Shown here one piece after another: positions 38,319 to 50,085 of a stretch of 64,000 nt of DNA. Under the pieces are notes generated by a model, which saw only the letters and a program-made list of their open reading frames with translations, made no database searches and had not been told where the DNA came from. The stretch is from Isurus oxyrinchus (lineage: Eukaryota), in the NCBI GenBank assembly GCA_026770705.1, contig JANJGN010000013.1, positions 58,776,001 to 58,840,000 of the forward strand, in the 5' to 3' direction. Position numbers and translations under genes: made by a program. Each line of letters begins with the position of its first letter. Position 1 is the stretch's first letter.

Positions 38319-38508
38319 TTTCCCACGTGTTAAGAAACAAAGAGGACGCGTGCAGCTGGTGCTTTTCAGCAGAGACTTGGCTCACATCATTTATTCGGGC
38401 ATTAAACACCGAACAGTTGGTGAAATGGATCTGAAACACTAACAGAATGTAACACATATAGATTCCCACGTTTGAATAGGCCATTCATCTTTCTATATCT
38501 CTCCCACA
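38319..38508. promoter_or_regulatory. Candidate Notch-responsive enhancer of the HES5-like gene
   Basis: CSL sites TTCCCACG at 38320-38327 and 38463-38470, weaker CTCCCACA 38501-38508; E-box CAGCTG 38353-38358; class C site CACGCG (minus) 38347-38352. Confidence 0.6.
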
Positions 38509-38602
38509 CTCACATGCGTATACACACGTCTGCACACGCATTCACACACATAGACGCACACATACGCAGACATACATATCTACGTATACACATACACATA
38601 CA
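38505..38602. repeat. Imperfect (CA/TA)n microsatellite
   Basis: Alternating purine-pyrimidine run. Confidence 0.8.
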
Positions 38603-40020
38603 TTAAGTAATTATTAGGTGCAGCATTGAAATATTCGTTTGACTTAGCTGTTTGCCCTCCAACTCAATAAATAGCTACTATGATGTATGAACTCCAATAA
38701 ATATTTCAATATTAAAATTTTTATGCATATTTTATCTCCGTAAGAGTTATGCTATTGCAACCTGATTTTAAGGTGCAACTATGAGGGACTAGGCCTTAGA
38801 TTCTGATGTTACAGCTTTTTGGAAATTTAGCTGTAACACACTCCATGGCTGATGGCATATCCACTTCCTTTATCTTTATTTTTTTTAACTTAAATATTTC
38901 TCCAGTCTTAATGCAGTTAACAGCGACAATGGGCGAGTGCATTAACTCTGCACTATATTGGCAATGTTGCTTAAAAGGGCTACAGATAAGTGTCACAGTG
39001 AGGACATTTTACCCTGCAACTAAACCTGCGATAGCTAATCCATGAGTGCATGGAGCTGACAGTTCGTACCTGAAGCGAAAACAATAACTTAATAATAAGT
39101 TAATAATAACTTTTTTCACATCGATCAACATAAAACTGCAAAAGGAAACATTAATTCCACCTTTAGTAATAAACAGAGCAGTAACGATACGTCACAAGAT
39201 GTCATGATTCATCATACTTGGCTCTGTTCTTCTATGTTAAGGCGGTTATGAATCTTACCTGAAAAAGTTAATCTGAAAAAAAATCTGCTTCGTTGTGCTC
39301 AGAAAAATAACTGCAAGACGTCTATTTTTATCTTCCGAAATGTTTGGAGACTATTGACATTAACTTTGTAAATAGTAAATTGAGTAAGATAAATACAGTT
39401 AGACCGCTATTAATAATGATGTATGAAGGACCTGCCCAGAAAGCAGCAGGACAAGCTTGTACATTCACTGTACTTCTAAGCCATCGCAACACATATTATA
39501 ATGCAGCATTTCAAAATATCCGCTGACAATGGAACTAAAAAGAGGAAGAGGCTGTAAAGCTTAGAAATATGTTTATATTTGAAATGGAAAATGTCCTCGT
39601 TTAAAATGTATTTTATTTGAAATAACGGTCCTTATAAAATAAACTCACACAGGTTGATTATTAGAAATGAGTGATTAACAGCATGAGTCAGTATGACCGA
39701 AATAGACACTCTCCCGAAAGATAACATCTGTGATCACACAGGTCTTATTCTTCAAAGTAAAAGGAGAGAGATTACTTTAAAATGAACCAGCGATGTAGGA
39801 ACAGGCATACTTTCTGTCATAGAATTCCCTGCATAACAATGACGGGAGGGTCTTTCCCAGGGTCCTATAACCTCAGATGAGAGTAATTTCCTCTGACTTA
39901 CTGTGTCATACGTGCCGTCCAGATGGTCCTCAGAGACGGTCATGGACAAAAGGTTGAAAACGGTCCTTAATTCAGCATTTAGAAAGAAAAGCTTCTGCTG
40001 TTGTCGCTCTGGCGGCTATG

Positions 40021-40092
40021 ATTGGCTGCCGAGTGTGGGAAACACCAAGTGAAACAGGCACACGCTCTCTTTTGGACAGGAGGATGTATAAA
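40021..40092 (+). promoter_or_regulatory. HES5-like proximal promoter
   Basis: Reverse CCAAT (ATTGG) 40021-40025, CSL/RBPJ site TGTGGGAA 40034-40041, TATAAA 40087-40092, ~100 bp upstream of the ATG. Confidence 0.85.
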
Positions 40093-40188
40093 TTCCAAGG
40101 TCAGCTCCCGCTTCCCTCAGCAGTATCGCTGCAACCGAATCGAGTCTCACTGCTCCTTGCAGCTTTTCTGGCAGTATAGTCCGAAAGA

Positions 40189-40263
40189 ATGGCTCCTAAA
40201 ACCTCTGGCGTTGTCTCAAAGGAAAATGCCGAAGAAAAAGTCACACGAAAAGAAAAATACAAA
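40189..40263 (+). CDS. hes5: HES5-like transcription factor, exon 1
   Basis: ATG 40189; MAPKTSGVVSKENAEEKVTRKEKYK; donor GTAAGT at 40264 (phase 0). Confidence 0.88.
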
Positions 40264-40367
40264 GTAAGTCACTCTGCCTTTTAAAACGAATGTCGCCAGT
40301 TTCTGAATTAACTGATTTCTGCGCTCTATGTTAAAATGTATTATTAATTTTTCCCCTTTCTTTTCAG

Positions 40368-40548
40368 TTGATGAAGCCGATTATAGAAAAAAAGCGCCGA
40401 GATCGCATAAACAGCAGCATTGGCCAACTCAAGGCTTTACTGAGGGAAGAGTTTCAGAATCAGGAGCCGAACATGAAAATGGAGAAAGCTGACATCTTGG
40501 AGATGACTGTCAATTACCTGAGACTTCATAGTCAGCGAATGTTCACAG
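40368..40548 (+). CDS. hes5: HES5-like transcription factor, exon 2 (bHLH)
   Basis: Acceptor tttcttttcAG; LMKPIIEKKRRDRINSSIGQLKALL...KMEKADILEMTVNYLR; donor GTAATC at 40549 (phase 1). Confidence 0.95.
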
Positions 40549-40657
40549 GTAATCGCTTTCATATGCGTTTGACTGCTGATAAAAGGTATTATTTTTGTCA
40601 TTATTATCATTCTTCCATGACATCCATCTAAACCACCTTGCTTGTTTCTACCTGCAG

Positions 40658-40911
40658 TGACCTACAGTAAGAGTCTTACTCAGAATTTTAAACAGGGATA
40701 TTCACGCTGTCTGCAGGAGATTCAGCATTTTACCTTCTCCCCGGAAAGCAAGACCGACGTTCAGAATAAACTCGTGAACCACTTGCACAGAGCTCAGGAG
40801 CCCGCTAAGGGCCTGAGTCACTCTGCTCCTCCTATGCATCTTCCCAGCTGTCAACCGGGCACCAAGCAAGAGATTAAAGCCAGCATCACAGCGCTCTGGA
40901 GGCCCTGGTAG
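40658..40911 (+). CDS. hes5: HES5-like transcription factor, exon 3 (Orange domain, WRPW)
   Basis: Acceptor ctacctgcAG; QNFKQGYSRCLQE...KLVNHL...ALWRPW*; spliced CDS 75+181+254 = 510 nt = 169 aa + stop. Confidence 0.95.
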
Positions 40912-41737
40912 ATCGAGCTGAAACACTTGTGGACGTTTGCTAGAAGCAAGGAAGAGAAAGTTTCACGGCATTAAACGCTAGGGCTGTTCTCTGGTGTGAA
41001 ATAGTATTCCACAGTGGAAGAAATGTCATTAATAGCTGAGATTTTTTTAATGTATGAATTATTTAATTTTAAAATATGACCTCCGGGGCATGGCGCATTC
41101 TGCAATATTTGTAGGTGACTGATATCATACCTAAACTGGCAGCTAGCTCGGTACTTGTGCTGTCTATTGTTGTCTGTAGAAGGTGCTACCCGAGCTATTC
41201 TTTTATAAAGGAATGTCAGTGGTGTGTTGTGAGTAGTCTTCTTGCTGAGGACTGTTTGCATCTTTTTAAAGGGTGTGCTGTGCTTGTATGTTTATATATC
41301 AGTATTATACGAATGTCATCGGCGCCTTGCATTATAGTGAGTTTTCAAAATTTAGAGATAAATCGATTCGATTTTCATTGTACCGTTCAGCTCGACGGAA
41401 ATTCTATTCTGCTGCATTTCATGGTGTCCCTCGCACATCATAGTCCTGGACAGGAGATTTCTATTTGTATTATCTCCGATATATTGTTGCAAATTATTCC
41501 AGTCTGGCTGCTGTGTCAATGCCCCTGCATTATAGCAATGCGGAATCTGAATCAGGCCTTGCCCTCTTCTATATTTAACTGTATAATGCATTGTAACAAT
41601 GCTGGTCTAAATATACTTCTGTATTCGTGGTTCTGTTTGTAAATATGTCCTACCTGTACTGATATTGAATCCGTAAATAAGTTGCATTCACAATTCCGTG
41701 TTAAAATGTGTAGTTCATTGTAACAATGCTAATTCCG

Positions 41738-41743
41738 AATAAA
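41738..41743 (+). terminator. Candidate poly(A) signal of the HES5-like gene
   Basis: AATAAA ~830 nt after the stop codon. Confidence 0.45.
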
Positions 41744-42969
41744 TGATTGCATTCACAATTTCATCTACTGTGTCTAAAGGAATGTATGTTGAGGCATTCA
41801 TGATTTACTTGCAGCTGGTAAGTATATCACATGTCACTGAAAGTCAAAGTAGCTGAAAAATGCTTGTAAGACCTTATTTTAATACAATATTTCCTCAACA
41901 CTTCAATTACGTGTTTTATTATATTTGGATATTGGGGTAAATTCTCTCCTTTATTGTTTCTTCAATTACTGTTTGCCTATTTAATAACAGGCGACTTACT
42001 TTTTGTCTGGCTTGACGGATTAGGCGGAGAGGGTAAATGCATGGTCAGCTCACAGATCCCGCCAATATTTTGTCGTGGTGGATTATCATGCGTTCGCAGA
42101 GACGCTGCCCTCCCTCTGTCCCTCTATTTCTCTCCCATACTTTTTCGACTTAGAAACCACACAACTCCCCCTATGCGCATAATTTCTTTGTTATTAGTGC
42201 CATTTGATTACAACAAGCAATTTCACACTGAATAATTATGAGTCAATTAATCCTCAATTGAGGCAAATGTGTATCACATAACTGCTTTACACATTCAGAA
42301 TTTACGGATTAGCATTTATTGTTTGGCTTACATATTTGTTACATGAAAGGGAGCAAGAACTTGAGAGCATGGAAAGCGTTCAAAAGACAAATGTGGGAAC
42401 CTACATCCTATTCAAATATATATGATTTTAACTCACTCAAAACCCATTCACTTACATGGAGTTAAATTTGGCCCTGGGCAGATTTTGGAGTTAGGGAATT
42501 TGTTCGGTGGGGTGTGTTGATTAGTAAGAGATGACGTGGTGAGGCAAAGAGAATGTCTGTAAACAGTTAATGGACCACACGGGGGAATGTGTACGGTCAG
42601 CGTGGAGTGAGAGATACAGGTTAAGAGAGGATGAGAAGCAGACAGTTGAACGTGAAGCAACATGCATTGGATCTACAATCGATAACATTTTGTAGGAGAG
42701 TTAACAAGGGGAGAACGGGTGTTGGGAAAGACTGGGGGCGGGAGAAAGAGTCAATATATTATGGACTACAAGGTACAGTGGGTGAACTAGGGTCAAAAAT
42801 TGGTTGGTCCCAGTTTTACAATGTTATCTCAGCTCTTCAATTAGATTCGCCAAGTTGTAATCGCTCAAAGTTACCCAATTTATCAGTTCCCATTGTCTGG
42901 GAATTAAACCTAGAACGTTTTAATATCTAAGCAGGTTTGTTTATCATGAAAATGTTGTAGAACCTATAT

Positions 42970-43750
42970 AGTTTGATTTTATAGGAAGAACATCTACGGG
43001 CAATATAAAATAAGGGGTGAAATTTTGAAGGGGGTGCAGGAGCAGAAAGACCTGGGTTTATATGTGCATAGATCTTTGAAGGCAGCAGGACAAGTAGAGA
43101 GCAGTTAAGGCATATAGTATCCTGGGCTTTATCAATAGGGGCATGGAGTAGAAAAGCAGGGACATTATACTGAATTTAGATAAGACGCTCATTAGACCTC
43201 AGCTGGCATATTGTGTACAGTTCTGGGCGCCACATTATAGGAAGGATATGAACACATTGGAGAGAGTTTAAAAGAGATTTACAAGAATGGTTCCAGGTAT
43301 GAGAAATTTCAGCTAAGAGCAGAGATTAGAGAGATTGGGACTGCTCCCCTTGGAGAGAAGAAGGCTAAGAGGAGATTTAATAGTGATATTCAAAGATTTT
43401 CAAAATGTTCATGAGGCGGCTGGACAGAGTAGACTGGGACAAGCTGTTCCCGGTCATGAAAGGATCAAGAATGAGAGGGTACAAATTTAAAGTGATTTGC
43501 AAAAGAAGCAAATGTGATGTGAGAAAAAATGCTTTCACACAATTCGAGTCTGGAATGCACTTCCTGGGAGTATGGTGGAGGCAGGTTCAATCAAGGCATT
43601 CAAGAAAACATTAGATGATTATTTGAATAGAAGCAATGTGCAGAGGCATGTGGAAAAGGTAGGGCAATGGCATTAGGCCATAATGCTCATCTGGAGAGTC
43701 AATGTACAATGGGCCGAATGGCCTCTTTCTGTGTCGTTAAGATTTGGTGA
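42970..43750 (+). mobile_element. CR1 3' fragment
   Basis: ORF 43405-43614 'LDRVDWDKLFP...RGYKFKV'; CR1 tail. Confidence 0.8.
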
Positions 43751-44004
43751 TTTCGCAGGACAGTAAGAAAGCAACCAGGCATTTTTTAAAATGGACATGC
43801 TCCATGTGAACTGTTACCTGCAATAACATTCCTTTCATTTTTTGAATTCCATTTCCTTGTATTCAATCCAGGACGGTAAGCAAAATCTTTTTGATCATTT
43901 TCTCTGTGATTTCCAAAGGAGTGGGGCTAATAGCACTAAATCTAATAACTATAGGTAAATATTCAATTGCCTATCTATACAATGTTATGCAGAGAGGTAG
44001 AGGA

Positions 44005-45773
44005 GTGTTATACTGTCGACAGCGCATCTGCCTGAGGTCAGTGATGAAAAGATGGCTGTAGAGTAGTATAGTATAGTGGTAATATTACTGGGCTAGTAAA
44101 GCAGAGGCTTCTGCTGATAATTTGGAGATATGTGTTCAAACACCACCACAGTTGGGAGCTGAACTTGGAATATTAATAGTCGATTAACTGATAATGATTA
44201 TGAAGCTATCAAATCAGGACAGGCCATCCTTACCCAGTCTAGGTAACTTGTAACTCCAGACCCCAATGTGGTTGACTCTTAAGCCACTAAGTTTTATCAA
44301 GCCCCTACAGAAAAGTTGAATAAGAGCAAAACTGGATGGACCACCTAGCTCCATGATAAGTGTACGCCCAGTCAAGTCAACCCTACAAAGTCCTCCTCAC
44401 TGATCTCTGGGGACTAGTGCCAAAATTGTGTCTTATGACCCACAGACTAGTCAAGCAACAGGCTATCATAGGCATGCTCACTGAATCATACCTTACAGCT
44501 AACATTCCAGACTTTTCCATCATCATCGCTGGATATGTCCAGTCCCACTGCCAGACACCACTGCAAGAGTTCCTCAGGATAGCATCCTAGCTGATTTTTC
44601 AATGACTTTCCCTTTAAAATTAGTTTAGAAATGGGGATGTTCATTGATGGTGGCAGAGAGTTCTGTACCATTATCAACTCCTTAGATACTGAAGCACTCT
44701 TTGCCCACATGCAGCAATATCCAGGCCTGGAATGATGATTGGCAAGCAACATTTGCACCATACATGTGTCAGACAATGACCATCTCTAATAAGACAGAAT
44801 ATAACAATCTCACCTTGACATGCAATAACCTTTTCATCATTGAATCCCCCACCATCATCATCTGGGTTGGGGGTTCTGGGGATGTGGGGGTGTGTGTGTG
44901 GGGGCGGGGGGGGTGGGGGGGGGGGGGGCGTGGGGTGTGCTGCAATTCCCATTGAACAGAACTGAACTAGACCAGCTATATAAATATTGTCATTGCAACA
45001 GCAGGTCAGAGACCCAGAATTCTGCAGGGAATAATTCACCTCCTGACTTCTCAACACCTGTCCACCATCTATAAGTCATGAATGTGATGGAATACTCTCC
45101 ACTTGCCTGGATAACTGCAGCTCCATCAACGCTCAAGAAGCTTGATATCATCCAATACATAGCAACCCAATTGATCAGCACCTCATCCACCACCTTAAAC
45201 ATTCATTGCCTCCACCATCTGTGCACAATGACAGCACATGTACCATATACAAGGTGCACTGCAGCAAGTTGCCAAGCCTCCAACAGCACCTTCCAAATCC
45301 ACGACATTTACCACCTAGAGAAACAAGGTAGCAGACAAATGTGAGCACCAGCACTTGTAAGTTCTCCTCCAAGCCACACACTCTCCTGACTTAGAACTGT
45401 ATCACTATTCCTTCACTGTCACTGGGTCAAAATCCTGGAACTCCCTCTATAACCGCACCATGCATACCTACACCAAATGGATTGCAGCAATTCAAGAAAG
45501 CAGCTCACCATACCTTCTCTGGCAGTTAGGGATGGGCAATAATTGCTGGCCTTGCTAGCTACGCTCAGATCCCAAAAATGAATTTAAAAAGCATGTCCTG
45601 GAATGGTCTCTTTGTTTGACTTAATATTCTGAGACAACAGGCCAGACCTCTGTTTTCCACTTTCCACACACAAAGAGGTGTTATACTGTCGACTGTGCAT
45701 CTGCCTGAGGTCAATGATGAAAAGATGGCCAGAGAGTAGCATAGTATAGTGGTAATGTTACTGGGCTAGTAAA
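44005..45773 (+). repeat. 96-bp direct repeat pair (44005-44100 and 45678-45773)
   Basis: 'gtgttatactgtcgac...actgggctagtaaa' occurs twice with only scattered substitutions. Confidence 0.9.
44065..45590 (+). mobile_element. Internally deleted family B element with tRNA-like head and complete 3' tail
   Basis: A-box-like TAGTATAGTGG 44069-44079 and B-box-like TGTTCAAACAC 44133-44143; EN start 'GLVPKL...LVKQQ...LTESYL'; RT C-terminal fragment; tail to ~45590. Confidence 0.8.
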
Positions 45774-45945
45774 ACACAAATGTATTTGTAAAATTCATAG
45801 TAAAACTCAAAATAATTTCAGGCTGCTGATGAAGAGTTAGATTGCTTCCTTGAATTCTTAATACCTGACTGCCACGTTTTGCTAAGTTATACCACCACTA
45901 CACTGATACAAACAACTTGGAATGTGAAAAAGGTAGCATAACTAC

Positions 45946-46050
45946 AGAACAAAAACAGAATTACCTGGAAAAACTCAGCAGGTCTGACAGCATCGGCGGA
46001 GAAGAAAAGAGTTGACGTTTCGAGTCCTCATGACCCTTCGACAGAACTTG
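45946..46050 (-). mobile_element. Short hammerhead-bearing repeat with GUC cleavage triplet
   Basis: Minus strand: AGTT-CTGTCGA-A-GGGTC-atgag-GACTC-GAAA-CGTC-AACT. Confidence 0.8.
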
Positions 46051-47209
46051 AGTGTGTCCAAGACATGATGGTGACTGACAGTTAACTGCCAAGCATTGTT
46101 TGAAATTTAAACCAGGCAGTTTGACTCTGATTGGCTAAGACATTGCCCTGAGGAATGAACCAGTGAATGGCCGTCACTTATTTTGTTTATCTGAAACAGG
46201 CACAATGTGTGTATATGTTCTTTCTGTCTGCAAAAAAAGGGCCCTGTGTATTAATATATTCTGCTTCCAATACATGCAAATGCACCACACTGTAACTCCG
46301 ATTGGCAATCTTAAATTAGTTGTCAGTGTAATTCTATTGCACACTGAGGATTATTTAGCAAATGTTGTCAATCCCAGAATCACATCTAATGCTGAACACT
46401 TTGGCAGTAAAAAAAGCTCCTTTATTGAACTCAATATAAATCAGAAGGGGAGGTTGGAGACATGATAAATGATCTATGTGGCATATTCATAAGAGCTTCA
46501 CAGTGAAACAAAAGCATGTTTCTGTTAAAGTACATTTGTAGATAAAATGAGTTTTCTACACCTTAGGAATGCATCTGATTACAAAATACTTCTTGTATTA
46601 TTAGCTGTTTAGTCAATTAGTTAAGTGCACATATGGGTGTTGAAATTTTCATTGCTTACATGTTTCCAGCTGTGTATCTGTTAAATCATAATAATTCACA
46701 TCAAACTTTCTACTGATGTTAATGCTATTTTAAAAATATAACTAAATACTGTTAATATTTATCATCCATAAAACAATGTTTACATGTGTAGCTGCATCAC
46801 ATTTAATTAACAATTATCAAATTTTGCATAAATCTTTAGCATATCTCTAAGAGTCTGGAGTGCATTCACAGCGTAAATTTACAGGCTGCTTAAAATTGCT
46901 GAAGTTACAGGACATATGCAGAGTCACAGTCGAAGTCAGGAGATAAGGATGTAAAACTCTCTGGAGGAAATAGACTCCCTCCATCTGAATTTAAAACAGA
47001 ATGGAGCATATAATCCCTTTATTAGGAAACCAGGTGTAGAAAATGTTCGGGACGCCTCTCCATATATTTCAGTATTTCCAGCTCAGTATGAACCTGTAGC
47101 TAGAATCCATACCCAGACTTTGCACTGGAAGGAAAACTGTTGCTAAATTACTTCAAATATATTCATCCCCTAATCCATGCACATGTTGTCTTAAGAGATC
47201 TGTCTTCAT

Positions 47210-48305
47210 AGGAGAATAGGATGAGAAGCCATTTAGCCCCTCTAGCCAAATTTGTTTTTCAAGGAGTTCATGGCATATCTGTATCCTTGCTTCCATCCAG
47301 CTGCCTTACACTTGGATAGCAAAAATCTGTCCATCTCAAATTAAAATTATGAATTGAGCAAGCACCTGCCGCTTTTTGTTGTACAAAGTTCCATGTTTCT
47401 ACCATGCTATGAGTGAAGAAATGTTTCTTAACTTCCCTCTGAATGATCTGGCTTGGATTTTTAGGTCATGTCCCTTTGTCCTAGACTCTCTCGTGAGCAG
47501 TAAAGGTGTCTCTCTATCTACCCTATCAATTCCTTTAAAGATCCTTTAAAAAATCAATTAAATCACCACTAATTTTTCAATATTCCAAGGACTGCAAGAT
47601 AATCTTATGTAATCTCACCTTATCGTTTAACCCATGTAACCCTGGAAACATTTTAGTGATTCTCGACTGCATTTCTTCCAAGTCCCATATATCCTTTCCA
47701 GGATATGGTGCTCAGAGTTGTACACAGTACTCCAAAGGTGCTGTAATCAGAGCTGTAGCTGTAGCAAAATTTCATCACATTTATGTTCTAGCTCTCTAGA
47801 TATAAAGCTACCATTCTATTAGCATTTTTAATTACTTTTTGTGCAGGACAATTGCAACTTAGTCATCTGTGCCATTTGACCCCTAAATTTATTTAGACTG
47901 CCACTGTTCCAGACTTCTCGCTATTTATAAAATACACAAATCTATTTTGGTTGAAAATAAATAATCTCACATTTATTTGCATTGAAATTCATCTGCTACA
48001 GATTTGCTCACTCATTTAACATGTCAAAGTCTCTTTGTAATTTTATGCTGCTGTCCCACCAATTATTACACCACCAATATTTGAATAATCGATAGAATTG
48101 ATGTATGAATCTCTATTGTGATAATTTCATTATTAAACATAATAAATAGTTAAGGCCTGAGCACTGATCCTTGTGGGGCATTGCTAGTCAGTTCCTTTCA
48201 AGTCAAGTACATCTTCATTGTTCCAACCCCCTGCCTTCTTTCATTTAATCAATCTCCTAACCAGGTCAATTAATTTCCTTTCAATTCATAAGCTTTCATT
48301 TGAAC
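47210..48305 (-). mobile_element. Old CR1 fragment (continues at ~50085-50450)
   Basis: Antisense CR1 tail and RT motifs ('gcactgatccttgtgggg'); further CR1 sequence resumes after the gypsy and hammerhead inserts. Confidence 0.7.
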
Positions 48306-48315
48306 AGTCTGTTAC

Positions 48316-49818
48316 ATGGAACCCAATCAAATGAATAAATTGTTTGATCAGTTACAAAGAGCCAATTTGGTCATAAACTTGGCAAAAAGTAAATTTACTA
48401 AAGCAAAAATGACTTACTTGGGTCACACTGTGGGACAAAGCCAAGTGGCACCTAGAGAAGTGAAAATAAGAGACATCTTGGATTTTCCAGTGCCTAAGAC
48501 CAAACAAGAGATTCTGCGGTACACAGGCATGAGTGGATTCTATTGGAATTTGGTTCCAAATTTCAGTACTGTAGTAGCTCCCCTAACAAGCTTGTTAAAG
48601 AAAGGCAAGATACTTGAATGGGTGGGGAAGTATCAAATTGCCATTGACAGCTTGAAAGCTGATTATCGCACTGGTTTTAACAGCAGTGAATTATGCTAAG
48701 CCATTTAAACTGACTGTTGCTGCCAGAGGCATAGGTGTTGGTGCAGTGTTATTACAGAAGGACAAGAGGGGTATCGAATGGCCAGTCAGCTACTTTTCTC
48801 AAAAGTTAAATTCTTGCCAGTGGAATGAGAAACTTTGAGTTTGGTGTTGGCTCTACAACATTTTGAAATCTTCATATCCAACAACTCCTCAGAGACTATT
48901 ATTTATATGGATCATAATCCTCTAATCTTTTTCGCAAAGCTTCATGCAAAGAATCTGAGCCTATTTCATTGGAGTTTTATGCTATGACCATACAATTTGA
49001 AAATCATTCATGTAGCAGAAAGAGACAATATCATAGCAGATGCTTTGTCAGGAGTAAAAATGGAGGGACAAGAATGACTTGGTCAAAATGGACTTGTGCA
49101 GAATATGATTTATCTGGAAAGTCCTTATACATTTGATGTAAATACATTGTTACTGCTAGCATAAATCTGTGCAAGTAAAATAGAGATAGTGATGAAGAGA
49201 TTATAATAGAAAATCAAAATGCCTCTTAAAGATACCTCTTAATTTAATGTAATTTAAAGTGCATTTACTAGGTAGTGCAGACAGAAGGCCTAAAACTCTC
49301 TAGCAAGAAATCCTGCTGGGTAACTGAGTTTAGGGAACTCATGTGTTTTCTCTGAAGTTGAAGTAATAGTGAGTTTAGATTGCAGTTTTGGGTGTCTCAA
49401 GGAGAAATACCAGCTGAAGAAAAGCATCAAATGAATGCTCATAAGCCTGCCTGAAGAAAACTGTTCAAAACTGAGCTAACCCAAGCAAGAAACCTTGGCG
49501 TTGAAGCAATGGTAAATCTTCACTGGGGTTTTGTGCCTGTAACGATTGCTGAGATAAAAAGAATGGTGTGAGTTTGAATCTTTTTCTGGTGTTTGTATTG
49601 AAATCTTTCCAACATTTTTGTCTATTGTATATAGCTCATTGTGTTGTTGTATAATAAAAGTTTCACTCTGTGTTAAAAGTACACTGGCAAACTCCTGTGA
49701 GTGTGTTCAGTAACTGACCTCCACAGTTTCTAAGAAATAACAAAGTTAGATCCTGCCAAGTCACCTTCCACTCTGGGATCTGACTTGCCCAATATTAACA
49801 TCAGCTGTGTTTGTCACA
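48316..49818 (+). mobile_element. Gypsy (Gmr1-like) remnant: RT C-terminus + RNase H + 3' LTR
   Basis: ORF 48316-48699 'NLAKSKF..YLGHTVG..GMSGFY..PNFS..APLT', then PFKL..GVGAVL..DHNPL..NIIADALS; LTR end matches that of 52851-54268. Confidence 0.85.
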
Positions 49819-49824
49819 CCAATA

Positions 49825-50085
49825 CCACTTTCTTTGGCTTTTACCTCTTGAAATCTTTGTCATTTAATCTCTCCTGCCTTCTACACTATCACAGACCTTC
49901 CTTTTTGTTCTCCCTGACACCCCCCCCCCCCCACCACCCTCCGCCAACTTAAAACCTCTTACGTTTCTATCTCCCTTCTGTTCTGACGAAAGGTGATCAA
50001 CCTGAAACGTTAACTCTGCTTCTCTCCAGAGATACTACCTGACACGCTGAGTATTTCCAGCATATTTTTTGCTGTTTTTATTAAA
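49825..50085 (+). mobile_element. Longer hammerhead-bearing repeat (Penelope pLTR-like)
   Basis: Colinear with 28690-29040 including the C-rich tract. Confidence 0.8.
49980..50014 (+). ncRNA. Minimal type I hammerhead ribozyme motif, intact core
   Basis: GTT-CTGACGA-A-AGGT-gatca-ACCT-GAAA-CG-TT-AAC; stem I GTT/AAC, stem II 4 bp, palindromic AACGTT stem III. Confidence 0.7.

Noticed and set aside
41115-41642. 175-aa ORF downstream of HES5
   Set aside because: Non-ATG start, lies in the presumptive 3' UTR, no recognisable domain
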